A DNA stretch of 64,000 nucleotides, taken from positions 608,001 to 672,000 of the forward strand of contig JBGAHS010000005.1 in assembly GCA_044226015.1 (NCBI GenBank), written 5' to 3'. The stretch is from Candidatus Obscuribacteraceae bacterium (GTDB taxonomy: Bacteria > Cyanobacteriota > Vampirovibrionia > Obscuribacterales > Obscuribacteraceae). The notes beneath the pieces were generated by a model, which had not been told where the DNA came from, ran no database searches, and worked only from the letters and a program-made list of their open reading frames with translations. Positions within the stretch are counted from its first letter, which is position 1; every line of letters begins with the position of its first letter. The translations under genes and the position numbers were made by a program. This document shows, one piece after another, positions 9,612-18,448 of this stretch.

Positions 9612-10603
9612 GTTCGGTTCCTCGAATATGTCTGAACCGCCTGTGGTGCTAGCTCGGTTTGAGCATTTTCTAAAGCCTTTTGTGGAGCATGTTTGAGATC
9701 CCAAATGATGCCTAGTTTGTTTAATATCACCAGTGCATAGTAAGTAAAATCAATTTCCCACCAGTAAAAGCCCTGTCTCACACTATTTCGGTAGAAGTGA
9801 TGATTGTTGTGCCAGCCTTCACCGAGCGTGATCAAAGCACAGAGAAAATTATTTCGACTGTTGTCATTAGTCTTGTATCTTCGACTTCCCCAGAGGTGGC
9901 AGATGCTGTTGATGCTTGAAGTCGCATGAAACAGAAGAACCGTGCTGATAAAGAAACCCCAGACTAGTAATTGTGGTCCCGAAGTATGCAAGTCGGGGCG
10001 ATAAAGTTGTAGGAGCTGACCAGTCCCGAGCAACCCTACTGCCAGTAACAATGGCATAAGCCAGTCAAACCTATTCAGAAATCGCAGCTCTGGAAATTTC
10101 TCGAAGTCCTTAATCCTTGAGTAGTCGGTAGGCATGTTCTGGGAGGAAGTGATCCATCCTATATGAGCCCAGAGGAAGTCGCGCGAGATGGGGGAATGTA
10201 TATCTCCTTCTTCATCAGATTCGGCATGATGTTTGCGATGATGAGCAGCCCACCACAACGGTCCTCTCTGAACTGAACAGAGTCCAATCACCGCAAATAT
10301 GAATTGAGCGACTCGCGAAGTCTTGAATGTTCTGTGTGAGAAATAGCGATGATAAAAACCTGTGATGGCGAACATGCGCACCAAATATAGTGAAAAGCAA
10401 GTTGCCACGTCGAACCATGATACTGGCATCGCCAGAGCTGCCAGACAACTCAAATGCAAGAAAGCAAATGGTATCCATCTGTCTGGCTCAGGTTCAGGGC
10501 GTACAACCTTCTCCGGAGATTTTTTCTCAGTATCTGAATCAAGCCACGCAAAAAAGGTATTAGCCTTAGTATTCTCAGAGGCAGCTTTCATTTTATACCG
10601 CAT
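9608..10603 (-). CDS. Membrane fatty acid (acyl-CoA, delta-9-like) desaturase
   Basis: His boxes HRYFSH, HRKHH and HNNHH. Confidence 0.92.
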   Translation of the reverse strand: MRYKMKAASENTKANTFFAWLDSDTEKKSPEKVVRPEPEPDRWIPFAFLHLSCLAALAMPVSWFDVATCFSLYLVRMFAITGFYHRYFSHRTFKTSRVAQFIFAVIGLCSVQRGPLWWAAHHRKHHAESDEEGDIHSPISRDFLWAHIGWITSSQNMPTDYSRIKDFEKFPELRFLNRFDWLMPLLLAVGLLGTGQLLQLYRPDLHTSGPQLLVWGFFISTVLLFHATSSINSICHLWGSRRYKTNDNSRNNFLCALITLGEGWHNNHHFYRNSVRQGFYWWEIDFTYYALVILNKLGIIWDLKHAPQKALENAQTELAPQAVQTYSRNRT

Positions 10604-10699
10604 AAAGGTCTCGACAATGCCAGATCATTCCAACTTTAGGTGAACCTTGGGTGAACGGTGTGGATTATACGCAAAGTGCACAAACGCACAGTAAGCGAC

Positions 10700-10731
10700 T
10701 CACGTGTTGTTCACTCAGAATTTTTTACTTT
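10700..10731 (+). promoter_or_regulatory. TCAC-N7-TCAC-N11-(-10) promoter upstream of ORF 10743
   Basis: tcac gtgttgt tcac tcagaattttt TACTTT. Confidence 0.6.
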
Positions 10732-10742
10732 GATCTGAAACC

Positions 10743-12755
10743 ATGGAGACCGACAGAATGATTGATAATCCCGACTCGAGAAGTGTGAATCGCAGTTCTG
10801 CGGAAGAAAGGTTCAGTAGTCTGCACGAGGATGCGTATTCGTCGGAGAAAGGAAACGGCCTTCAATCGTCTCGAAGTGTTAGCACTGGTAAATTGGCTCA
10901 GAATGAACCGGAATTTCAAATTGAAGTTGTGCGGCATCGTCGTCCTGATAACGATGGCGAGAATCACCAGTACCGTAATTACCAGTACCGTAATTACCAG
11001 TACCGTCGTGATGATTATGATGGCGAATATAACCAGTATCGTCATCCTTATGAAAGGAGCGATAGGCATCGATTAAGTAATAGTTATGACTACAGGCAAT
11101 ATGGTGATTTGTCTGCTCCAGTAGAGAAACCTGGCTTCTTTTCAGAGGCATGGCATGCTGGTTTGCGCTCTCTTGTTCAATCACCTCTCGATAATGCTGC
11201 ACAACTTGTCGATAATACTGTGGGCAAGTTTCTTGACACCCATCTTTACGACAAAACAAAAGAATTGATTGTAGCCAACAATAAAGCAGATGTGGAAGTC
11301 GGCTCAGCGGCATGGCACGGAAGAATGGTTGGTGATGTGGTAGGAATGCTTCCGTGGATGCTTCTTGCTAATAAAGTTGTTCGTGGATCATTAGGAAGTT
11401 TCGAGGCAAGCAAAGGGCTGATCTCATCAGGCGAGGCTCTTGGACAGGCTACGTTCCGTCAGTCTTTTACTGAAGGTGCGCTAACTGGAGCCACTTATAC
11501 CGGACTATTTAGCTCTGAATCAGACAACGAGAACTTCTGGTCTTCGAAAGCAAAGCATACGGCATTAGGTGCTGGAATGATGGGAACATTTGGTGCATTC
11601 AATAACGGTATTCTGCAGCGTATGGCCGAGCGCAATTTGAGCGGCACAGCTTCAAGAATGTTTGCTGGTGCTCTGTCTGCTCTTCCGGGTGCTGCTGTTG
11701 AGACTGGGCTGGACCATATGTTGTATGAGCGCAATACTGATCTGGTATCAGATTTCAAAGTTAATCTGTATAAGGACGCTTTGATTGGGGCTGGCTTTAA
11801 TGGACTGTCTCGTTTTGAGAATGCTGCTGATAGAGTGCGCGCGGCAGAAAAAGTTGATCTTAAACCACTAGAGGCACCTACAACAATTGCAGAGATGCCT
11901 GAAGGCTCGGTTGGATGGACCCCAAGTTGGGCTTTGAAGACTGGACCAAAGAATACACTCTGGATTTCATCAGATGCGGTTGCAGGCACTGAATTCAATG
12001 CATCTCCGGCCCTCTCTAATACCCTAAGGGTTATAAGAACAGAGAATGGTGGCATTGCTGTAGATATGGCTAAGATGGCTGATCCATCACATGCAATTAC
12101 GTGGCGAAATTCATCGGACCCCAAGGGAGAAGGATTCTTGCCGGTAGGACTTGCAATGCATCCTAAGGGCGTTTTTCCATTTGAAGGAAACCAGGCTCGT
12201 TTGCCGGCTGGCTATGGTGAAAATATAAAACCGGACCTTACTCCGCGGACCTTCTCTGATTCCAGACCTGCCCCAGCAGACAGAGCCCAAAGCCCAGGTT
12301 CTTCACCGCCCTCTTCAAGTTCTGGCTGGGGACTTTTTGAACATTTTCTGTTCTGGAATTGGATTAGTGGTGGCAGTAGCCACATACATAATCAAACAAC
12401 TTATAACCTGGGCGGTACTGATTCAAGTTTCACCAGCAATTCTGATGTTGCCGGTGCTGCGCCAGGTACTGGGCTCTTCGGTGGATGGGGCGCCGATCGC
12501 AGCTGGGGTGGCGACAACGCCCAGCAAGGTACCGCCGGTGGTGATACCACTGGTCAAGGCTGGGGCGCTACGCTAGGCTGGGGCGACAGCAATGGTGCTC
12601 AAACCTTCGGAGGCGACGATGGTTATCGAAGTGGAGGCGACGATGGCTACCGAGGTGGAGGTGAGCAGCAGTTTGACCAACCTGCATACGACCCGCCAGC
12701 ATATGACCCGCCAGCGTATGATCCCGCACCAGACATCACTAGCTACGACGTCTAG
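10743..12755 (+). CDS. Hypothetical protein with Gly/Ala-rich amphipathic helices and a Gly-rich tail ending in YDPPA repeats (start may be ATG 10758)
   Basis: 670-aa ORF; GGAG SD precedes ATG 10758. Confidence 0.8.
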   Translation: METDRMIDNPDSRSVNRSSAEERFSSLHEDAYSSEKGNGLQSSRSVSTGKLAQNEPEFQIEVVRHRRPDNDGENHQYRNYQYRNYQYRRDDYDGEYNQYRHPYERSDRHRLSNSYDYRQYGDLSAPVEKPGFFSEAWHAGLRSLVQSPLDNAAQLVDNTVGKFLDTHLYDKTKELIVANNKADVEVGSAAWHGRMVGDVVGMLPWMLLANKVVRGSLGSFEASKGLISSGEALGQATFRQSFTEGALTGATYTGLFSSESDNENFWSSKAKHTALGAGMMGTFGAFNNGILQRMAERNLSGTASRMFAGALSALPGAAVETGLDHMLYERNTDLVSDFKVNLYKDALIGAGFNGLSRFENAADRVRAAEKVDLKPLEAPTTIAEMPEGSVGWTPSWALKTGPKNTLWISSDAVAGTEFNASPALSNTLRVIRTENGGIAVDMAKMADPSHAITWRNSSDPKGEGFLPVGLAMHPKGVFPFEGNQARLPAGYGENIKPDLTPRTFSDSRPAPADRAQSPGSSPPSSSSGWGLFEHFLFWNWISGGSSHIHNQTTYNLGGTDSSFTSNSDVAGAAPGTGLFGGWGADRSWGGDNAQQGTAGGDTTGQGWGATLGWGDSNGAQTFGGDDGYRSGGDDGYRGGGEQQFDQPAYDPPAYDPPAYDPAPDITSYDV

Positions 12756-13219
12756 CGGCAGAAGTTCACGCGGTGCTTTTCATAATATTTCTGATGGTAC
12801 TCTTCGGCTCGCCACCATGTGCCAGCTGGCTCTAAATATGTATGGATTGCCCGTTTGCTTCTGGTTCCGAAATCTTTCAACGCACGCTTCGCCTCTTCCT
12901 CTTGCCCTGGGCCAGAAAAAAGGATAGAAGTGCGATATTGTCCGCCTCTGTAAAAAGGGACTTCAAAACTAGGATTGTGTTGCCTTAAGAACAATAGAAC
13001 GAGTTCGTAATAGCTTGTTTTTTCGGGGTCGTAAATCACTTTTACTCCCTCGGCATGTCCGGTTCTACCTGAGCAGACCTGCTCATATGTCGGGTTTTCT
13101 GTTCTACCGCCTACATATCCAACTTCAGCTGATATGACGCCTGGCAGTTTTCCCAGTTCTTCCTCGACTCCCCAGAATCAACCTGCGGCAAAAATTGCGA
13201 AGTTCTCTGTTTTATCCAT
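12752..13219 (-). CDS. msrA: Peptide methionine sulfoxide reductase MsrA with in-frame TGA (probable selenocysteine) at the catalytic residue
   Basis: MDKTENFAIFAAG-[TGA 13180..13178]-FWGVEEELGKLPGV...GYVGG...TGHAE...QYRTSI...AEEYHQKYY; SD GGAGA; the frame is continuous with the tracked ORF 12752..13039. Confidence 0.88.
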
Positions 13220-13282
13220 GTTGTCTCTCCGGTCGCTTGACCTTTTGCTTTCCTTTTATTCTAGATCGAAATTGGCAGATGA

Positions 13283-14140
13283 TTATTTCAAGATTCCAGA
13301 AAAGGCGATCAGTGCAGCACCAAATATTAGTCTATAGATGACGAACACAAGGGTGGAGTGATTTTTCAAATACTTCAGCATCCAGTGAATCGCAGCAAAG
13401 CTGACAATCGTTGACACAACTAGCCCAACAAGCAGGCTGCTTATAGCCGCGTCACCAAGTCCTTCTTTCACCATGTCTTTTAGCTCAACGAGTCCGCTGA
13501 TGAGAATCGCAGGAATTCCCAACAGAAAACTAAATCTTGCGGCTTCGTCTCTTTTGAATCCAAGAAAAAGAGCAAATGTAAGCGTAGAGCCACTGCGTGA
13601 GCAACCAGGAATCAAAGCCATTGCTTGACCTAGACCGACAATCAACCCATCTTTTCCTGCCACATCATCTACGCTTCGAGAATGCTTTGCAATTTTCTCG
13701 GCTCCTAACAAGAGCAAGCCCATAACAATTGAGGCGATTCCAACTGTCATGATTGAACGAAGTGGACTGTCATTGACTTCGAGTAAGGGCTTAAGAGCAA
13801 GTCCTAATATACAAATTGGTATGGTACCGACTATGATGGCACCTGCCAGTCGGAATTCTTTGCTCCCAAATTCTTTGTCTTGTATTGCTTTGAAGGCTCC
13901 CATTGCTATTTGCAATAGGTCCTTAAAAAAGTAGGTCAAAACAGCAAGAACAGAACCTAGTTGAATAACTGCGGAATAAGCTACTCCCGGGTCGGTATAG
14001 CTCGGGTCCATGAGTCGCATCACTGCTGGTGCCACTCTGAGGTGCGCTGAGCTACTGATCGGCAAAAATTCCGTCAAGCCCTGGACGATGCCTAGAACTA
14101 TTGCTTCGACCATTGGAATTCCGGTTCCGCTCATTGTCAT
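13283..14140 (-). CDS. uppP: Undecaprenyl-diphosphatase
   Basis: GIVQGLTEFLPISSSAH and PGCSRSGST motifs. Confidence 0.95.
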   Translation of the reverse strand: MTMSGTGIPMVEAIVLGIVQGLTEFLPISSSAHLRVAPAVMRLMDPSYTDPGVAYSAVIQLGSVLAVLTYFFKDLLQIAMGAFKAIQDKEFGSKEFRLAGAIIVGTIPICILGLALKPLLEVNDSPLRSIMTVGIASIVMGLLLLGAEKIAKHSRSVDDVAGKDGLIVGLGQAMALIPGCSRSGSTLTFALFLGFKRDEAARFSFLLGIPAILISGLVELKDMVKEGLGDAAISSLLVGLVVSTIVSFAAIHWMLKYLKNHSTLVFVIYRLIFGAALIAFSGILK

Positions 14141-14190
14141 ACCTTCCTATTACCTCTTAGTATTTTTGGTTTAAAGTTGAAAGCGTATCG

Positions 14191-15060
14191 CTACTGCAAT
14201 TCCACATCTTCTTCATAGTCATTCAAATCTTCGAAGTTTTCATTCGCGTCAGGCTCTTGTGGCTCATTTCCTGAACTTTGCGCACTACTTTTGTTCGCAG
14301 CAGGCGGTGGTCCCTTCACAAAGGAAAGGTTATCGCGACCGGCTTTTACCCACGTGCGCAAAGAGCCCGTGTCGGACATTTGTCCCTTCGTGCCCTGCAA
14401 TTGACTGCCGAGATAGGTAAGCATGTTCTCGATGTTTTCCAGAGTGCTGGTGTCAACATCGACAATCTCGGCACCAATCTCGGTTCGATTTAACAGCCAG
14501 TTAAATCTGCTGTTAACTATGCGAAAACGATTCCTTATGTGCACAGGTCCAATGTCATAGGAAATGAGGATCATTTGATCAAGCACAAAGCGCTCGACGC
14601 ACTCTCCTTGCGCCGCGAAGCCCAAGCCAAATCTTGAGACATTGCGGGTGACAAGTTCCTTATCAAAGTCTTTCCAATCATCGCCTTCAACTTTCAATGG
14701 CACGCTGATGTCTGTACGGACGTGAACGCGTCTTTGATTTGACTGCTCGAATTTGGGAGTTGGCGACTGTAGGCAAGTTCTTCCTTCAATTATCTTGGCT
14801 CCTCTAATCTCGGAGGACCACAGTCCGTTAAATCGGTTGTTAGCTGAGCTTCCGACAAAAGAAATCTTTGCACCGCGCGCAACCTTGGTGCCTTTGCTGC
14901 ATTTGAGCTGAAAATATATGCTATGAGCATCTACCGCAACTATGGTTGCTCTGCCAAACCCATTCTGCGTGGGCGACAACTCAATCTTGGCTTTATAGAT
15001 CTGACCGGGTTTGAACATCTTTAATTCAGCATGGTGCGCCTGAATTATCGCATGTTTCAC
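14191..15060 (-). CDS. PilZ-domain protein
   Basis: QRRVHVR and NVSRFG match the PilZ RxxxR and D/NxSxxG motifs. Confidence 0.7.
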   Translation of the reverse strand: MKHAIIQAHHAELKMFKPGQIYKAKIELSPTQNGFGRATIVAVDAHSIYFQLKCSKGTKVARGAKISFVGSSANNRFNGLWSSEIRGAKIIEGRTCLQSPTPKFEQSNQRRVHVRTDISVPLKVEGDDWKDFDKELVTRNVSRFGLGFAAQGECVERFVLDQMILISYDIGPVHIRNRFRIVNSRFNWLLNRTEIGAEIVDVDTSTLENIENMLTYLGSQLQGTKGQMSDTGSLRTWVKAGRDNLSFVKGPPPAANKSSAQSSGNEPQEPDANENFEDLNDYEEDVELQ

Positions 15061-15887
15061 TCTTTTAGCTGAAGACCCAGCTTATAGATATCTGATGAGC
15101 TGCGACCTGACTCATTCGCTATAATTCTTGCCGCATCCTTTAGGCGGGCGCCTGAGGAAAGCAAGTCTTCTAACTTGGTTTGAATCTCTTCATCGGTCCA
15201 AACATTCATCGTCTCGTCTTTTCCCGCAAGAACCAGCACGCATTCACCTTTGAGTTCTCGCTGTTGCGCGATGGCAAGTAGGTCTAATACGTTAGCGCGA
15301 ATATACTCCTCGTGTTTTTTCGTGAGTTCGCGGCAAAGGCAAGCCTTCCTGTTTCCCATGATTTCATTTATTTCAGGAAGGACTTTTTGGATGTCTGTAA
15401 TTGGCAAGAAGAAGACCAGTGTTCTGTCGTCGTTCTTGAGATGTTCAAGTCGTTTTCTTCTGCTTGAGCCTTTCTCTGGCAGGAAGCCTTCGAAGGAGAA
15501 CCGTTCGCATGGAATGCCGCTAGCAACAAGAGCTTGCATTACGGCACTTGGTCCTGGAATGCCTATAACATCGATGCCGAGCGCAATCGCTTTTTGTACA
15601 AATTTATAGCCAGGGTCGGAAATGAGTGGCGTGCCTGCGTCGGAAATCAAGGCGACAGCTTTATTTTCAGCGGCAATTCTCTCCAGTTCTGCTGCGCGTT
15701 TCTCTTCATTGAAGTCATGGCAGCTAACCAGTGACTTGCTTAGCCCGAGGTGGCTCATCAGCTTGATTGACACTCGAGTATCTTCTGCGAAAACGAGATC
15801 AACTTCGCCGAGTATCCTTTTTACACGCGAAGATATGTCTTCCAGGTTCCCGATCGGTGTCCCAACTATATACAACTTGCCAGCCAT
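15057..15887 (-). CDS. rsmI: 16S rRNA (cytidine1402-2'-O)-methyltransferase
   Basis: MAGKLYIVGTPIGNLED, AEDTR, SDAGTPLISDPG, RELTKKHEE; true start at 15887. Confidence 0.95.
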   Translation of the reverse strand: MAGKLYIVGTPIGNLEDISSRVKRILGEVDLVFAEDTRVSIKLMSHLGLSKSLVSCHDFNEEKRAAELERIAAENKAVALISDAGTPLISDPGYKFVQKAIALGIDVIGIPGPSAVMQALVASGIPCERFSFEGFLPEKGSSRRKRLEHLKNDDRTLVFFLPITDIQKVLPEINEIMGNRKACLCRELTKKHEEYIRANVLDLLAIAQQRELKGECVLVLAGKDETMNVWTDEEIQTKLEDLLSSGARLKDAARIIANESGRSSSDIYKLGLQLKE

Positions 15888-15996
15888 GGGTATACCCCAT
15901 ATTAATTCGCAGGGACCGCCCAAGACTTTGAATCTGGGGGCTTTCGGGAGCTTAGCATAAATAAGATGAAACGACTTGGTTCTTGACAAGAAAGAG

Positions 15997-16085
15997 TTAT
16001 CTACAGGCTTATCTACAGCTGTAGATAATTTAATGGCTAAACTGAAGACTAAGGTCTTGCAAAAAAATACGTCTGGTTTTCCACA
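15997..16085. promoter_or_regulatory. Cluster of four DnaA-box-like 9-mers
   Basis: TTATCTACA at 15997 and 16009, its reverse complement TGTAGATAA at 16020, and TTTTCCACA at 16077. Confidence 0.5.
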
Positions 16086-16174
16086 CCGTTTTGCAATCAA
16101 ACCTGGTTTCGTTCAAAATCGAAATGATGTAAGATTGGCTTGTTCAGCGGAGATCGCTAGAGAGGTTACTCGCG

Positions 16175-18334
16175 ATGCAAGCTCAGAAAGCAAAATCAGC
16201 AAAGAGAATAATCTCTGATTTTCGCTTGGCTGCGGCGTCTGTAATACTCGGTAATGACACTCATACGGCTTGTATATCGAGCGATATGCGGAATACTGAT
16301 CATATTGCAGAGTTATGTGAGCAATATAGCCTGTTTATAGCTTTGCATAGCCTTGGCACCAGATATGGTTTGTCTGTATGTCGGGAATCTATATATTCGT
16401 ACAGCGCTAATGACACCCGGGCGACCCTTATTTCGGCTTCACTAGCTGATCGATATCCATTTCAAATAAGTGACATGGTGCCAATTGTTGGCAAAGACTT
16501 CGAAAACTTACAGAGCCTTTCTCAGCAGCTTATTGAAGAGTCTCTTGAAACGATTGGTGACATCTACCAGCAGACTCTCTCGGCGCCACTTGCGATCAAT
16601 GATCTCAATAAACCATATATCGATTTGAAATCGAATCAACGTGTAAGTGGAGAGTTCTATACTCCATCATGGGTAGCTGATCGCTCTTTCGCGCTCTGGC
16701 TTAACAGCGATTCAGCCAATAAATTGAAACTGCTTAAGCAAGATTTGCGCATAATTGACCCCTCTTGTGGAACAGGAAATTTCTTGTTGGCAGCTATGCG
16801 AATGGCAGATTCGCAGCTGTCTGAGAGTGCTCAAATACTTCGTTTCGCGAAAGAGTGTCTATTCGGACGCGATATTGATGGCAAGGCGATTGAGATTGCT
16901 AAGGTACTTGTTGTGTTTATGGTTGCGCGTTCATTTTTGAAGCGCGATCAGATCTTGTCCATTAAAGAAGTGGATGGTCTTTTAGCTGCACTGGATGAAC
17001 ATTTCCAAGTTAGAGATGGACTCTTGAATTCGATTGCACTTGGTTTAGATATGCGGGGTGGGACAGCCATCGAGACAGTCATTGGAACAGCCATCGAAAC
17101 AGCCGTTTCGCTGGCACATGCATGTGTCGCTGAACCAAAGTTCGACCTGGTGATTACAAATCCGCCGTACATTAGCTTTGGATCGCGCGATCAACAAACA
17201 TTGTCAAAAGAATGGCAGTTGTTTCTGAAAAAGAGGTTTCCCGCCTCAAGCGAGTATAAGGTTCGACTGACTTCTATGTTCCAGGAAATTGGCATTCAGA
17301 TGATTAAGCCTGGAGGACAGTGTATTTTTCTTGTACCCGACGCTTTCTTGACGGGGAGCTATTATCAAAAGATTCGCGAACACATTCTTAATAACGTAGA
17401 GATCGTTCAGTTAACAGAATTGCCGGAAAGCACCATAGGTGATGCTACGGTGGGTCGCTGGTGTTTGGCGCAATACGCAAAGTTTGCTTCTAGTTCGAGC
17501 TCGAAAGAGTTGCTTTCAGCATCTAGTGTCAACCTTCAGAGCCTTTATTTCGATAAGGAAAAGGTTTTGCAAGAATTGAACTTCCGCGTACCTCTTGAGT
17601 CCCTTGTTAGCACTGATAAGAAGCGCTTTCAGCTTTTATTTTCTGATGAGGATCTTCAACTGGTTGAGCTTTGCAAGGATTTCGATTTCCTTAAAGAGGA
17701 ACTTCGAGGGCACACTGGTATTCGCGCACGTAATGGACAGGCTTCGATTGTTGCACGGCGGAAATTGAATAAGTATTTTCATCGTGGTATCACTTCTGGA
17801 GCTGAAGTGACAGCGTATAAGATTGATTGGAATGAGAATTGGATTGAAATTATTGCAGAGAAGCTTTTCGCAGGTGGGTTTGACCCAAATATTATTGAGA
17901 GGGAAAAGGTTCTGGTTCGGCAAACTGGCGACAGATTGGTGGCTGCTGCTGATAAGGGTGGGTTCTATCATCTCAACAATGTACATAGCTTTGTTCCGCA
18001 GAAAACAATTGCTTCTAGGAGCGTTGATTTCTATACCAGTTTGCTTAACTCTAGTTTCTTCCTTTATTACTACAGGTTGAAGACCCGCGAGCATAAGCGC
18101 GCACTCGCTCAGATTGATATTGAGACGGTTGAGCACATGCCACTACCACCGGTTAATCTCAAGTTAGACAAAGATATCGAAAAGCTTGGTGTGCTGTTAG
18201 GTGGACCAGACCCCGAATGCAAGCAAGGTAGAAAGAGAACATCTGCTTTAGCGGAAATCGATGAGTTGGTTTTTGATCTGTTTGGCATAAACCGGAGGCT
18301 TCGTGAGCACATTCTCGCCGGCATTCAAGTTTAG
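16175..18334 (+). CDS. N6-adenine DNA methyltransferase (Eco57I/TaqI-like, with C-terminal specificity domain); no nuclease partner seen
   Basis: GEFYTP, IIDPSCGTGNFL, ITNPPY, EKVLVRQTG, LLNS. Confidence 0.88.
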   Translation: MQAQKAKSAKRIISDFRLAAASVILGNDTHTACISSDMRNTDHIAELCEQYSLFIALHSLGTRYGLSVCRESIYSYSANDTRATLISASLADRYPFQISDMVPIVGKDFENLQSLSQQLIEESLETIGDIYQQTLSAPLAINDLNKPYIDLKSNQRVSGEFYTPSWVADRSFALWLNSDSANKLKLLKQDLRIIDPSCGTGNFLLAAMRMADSQLSESAQILRFAKECLFGRDIDGKAIEIAKVLVVFMVARSFLKRDQILSIKEVDGLLAALDEHFQVRDGLLNSIALGLDMRGGTAIETVIGTAIETAVSLAHACVAEPKFDLVITNPPYISFGSRDQQTLSKEWQLFLKKRFPASSEYKVRLTSMFQEIGIQMIKPGGQCIFLVPDAFLTGSYYQKIREHILNNVEIVQLTELPESTIGDATVGRWCLAQYAKFASSSSSKELLSASSVNLQSLYFDKEKVLQELNFRVPLESLVSTDKKRFQLLFSDEDLQLVELCKDFDFLKEELRGHTGIRARNGQASIVARRKLNKYFHRGITSGAEVTAYKIDWNENWIEIIAEKLFAGGFDPNIIEREKVLVRQTGDRLVAAADKGGFYHLNNVHSFVPQKTIASRSVDFYTSLLNSSFFLYYYRLKTREHKRALAQIDIETVEHMPLPPVNLKLDKDIEKLGVLLGGPDPECKQGRKRTSALAEIDELVFDLFGINRRLREHILAGIQV

Positions 18335-18448
18335 GTCCGTGTACTCAGGAAACATTCGATGAACAACTTGAGTCCAATTTAATTGTGCTTGTCCAAGGCT
18401 GCCAAATAAGCGTTTTGTTAGAGATTGTATTATCGAATCATCTGAAAG

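Noticed and set aside
12752..13039. 95-aa ORF as the complete msrA, or msrA as a simple pseudogene
   Set aside because: The upstream frame is intact and the only stop falls exactly on the catalytic Cys codon; Sec recoding is the better explanation, pending sel genes.
15888..16100. N-terminal extension of rsmI in the ORF track (likewise 9612-9704 and 55013-55078)
   Set aside because: Family homology or SD position indicates downstream starts; the extensions overlap regulatory DNA or the neighbouring gene.
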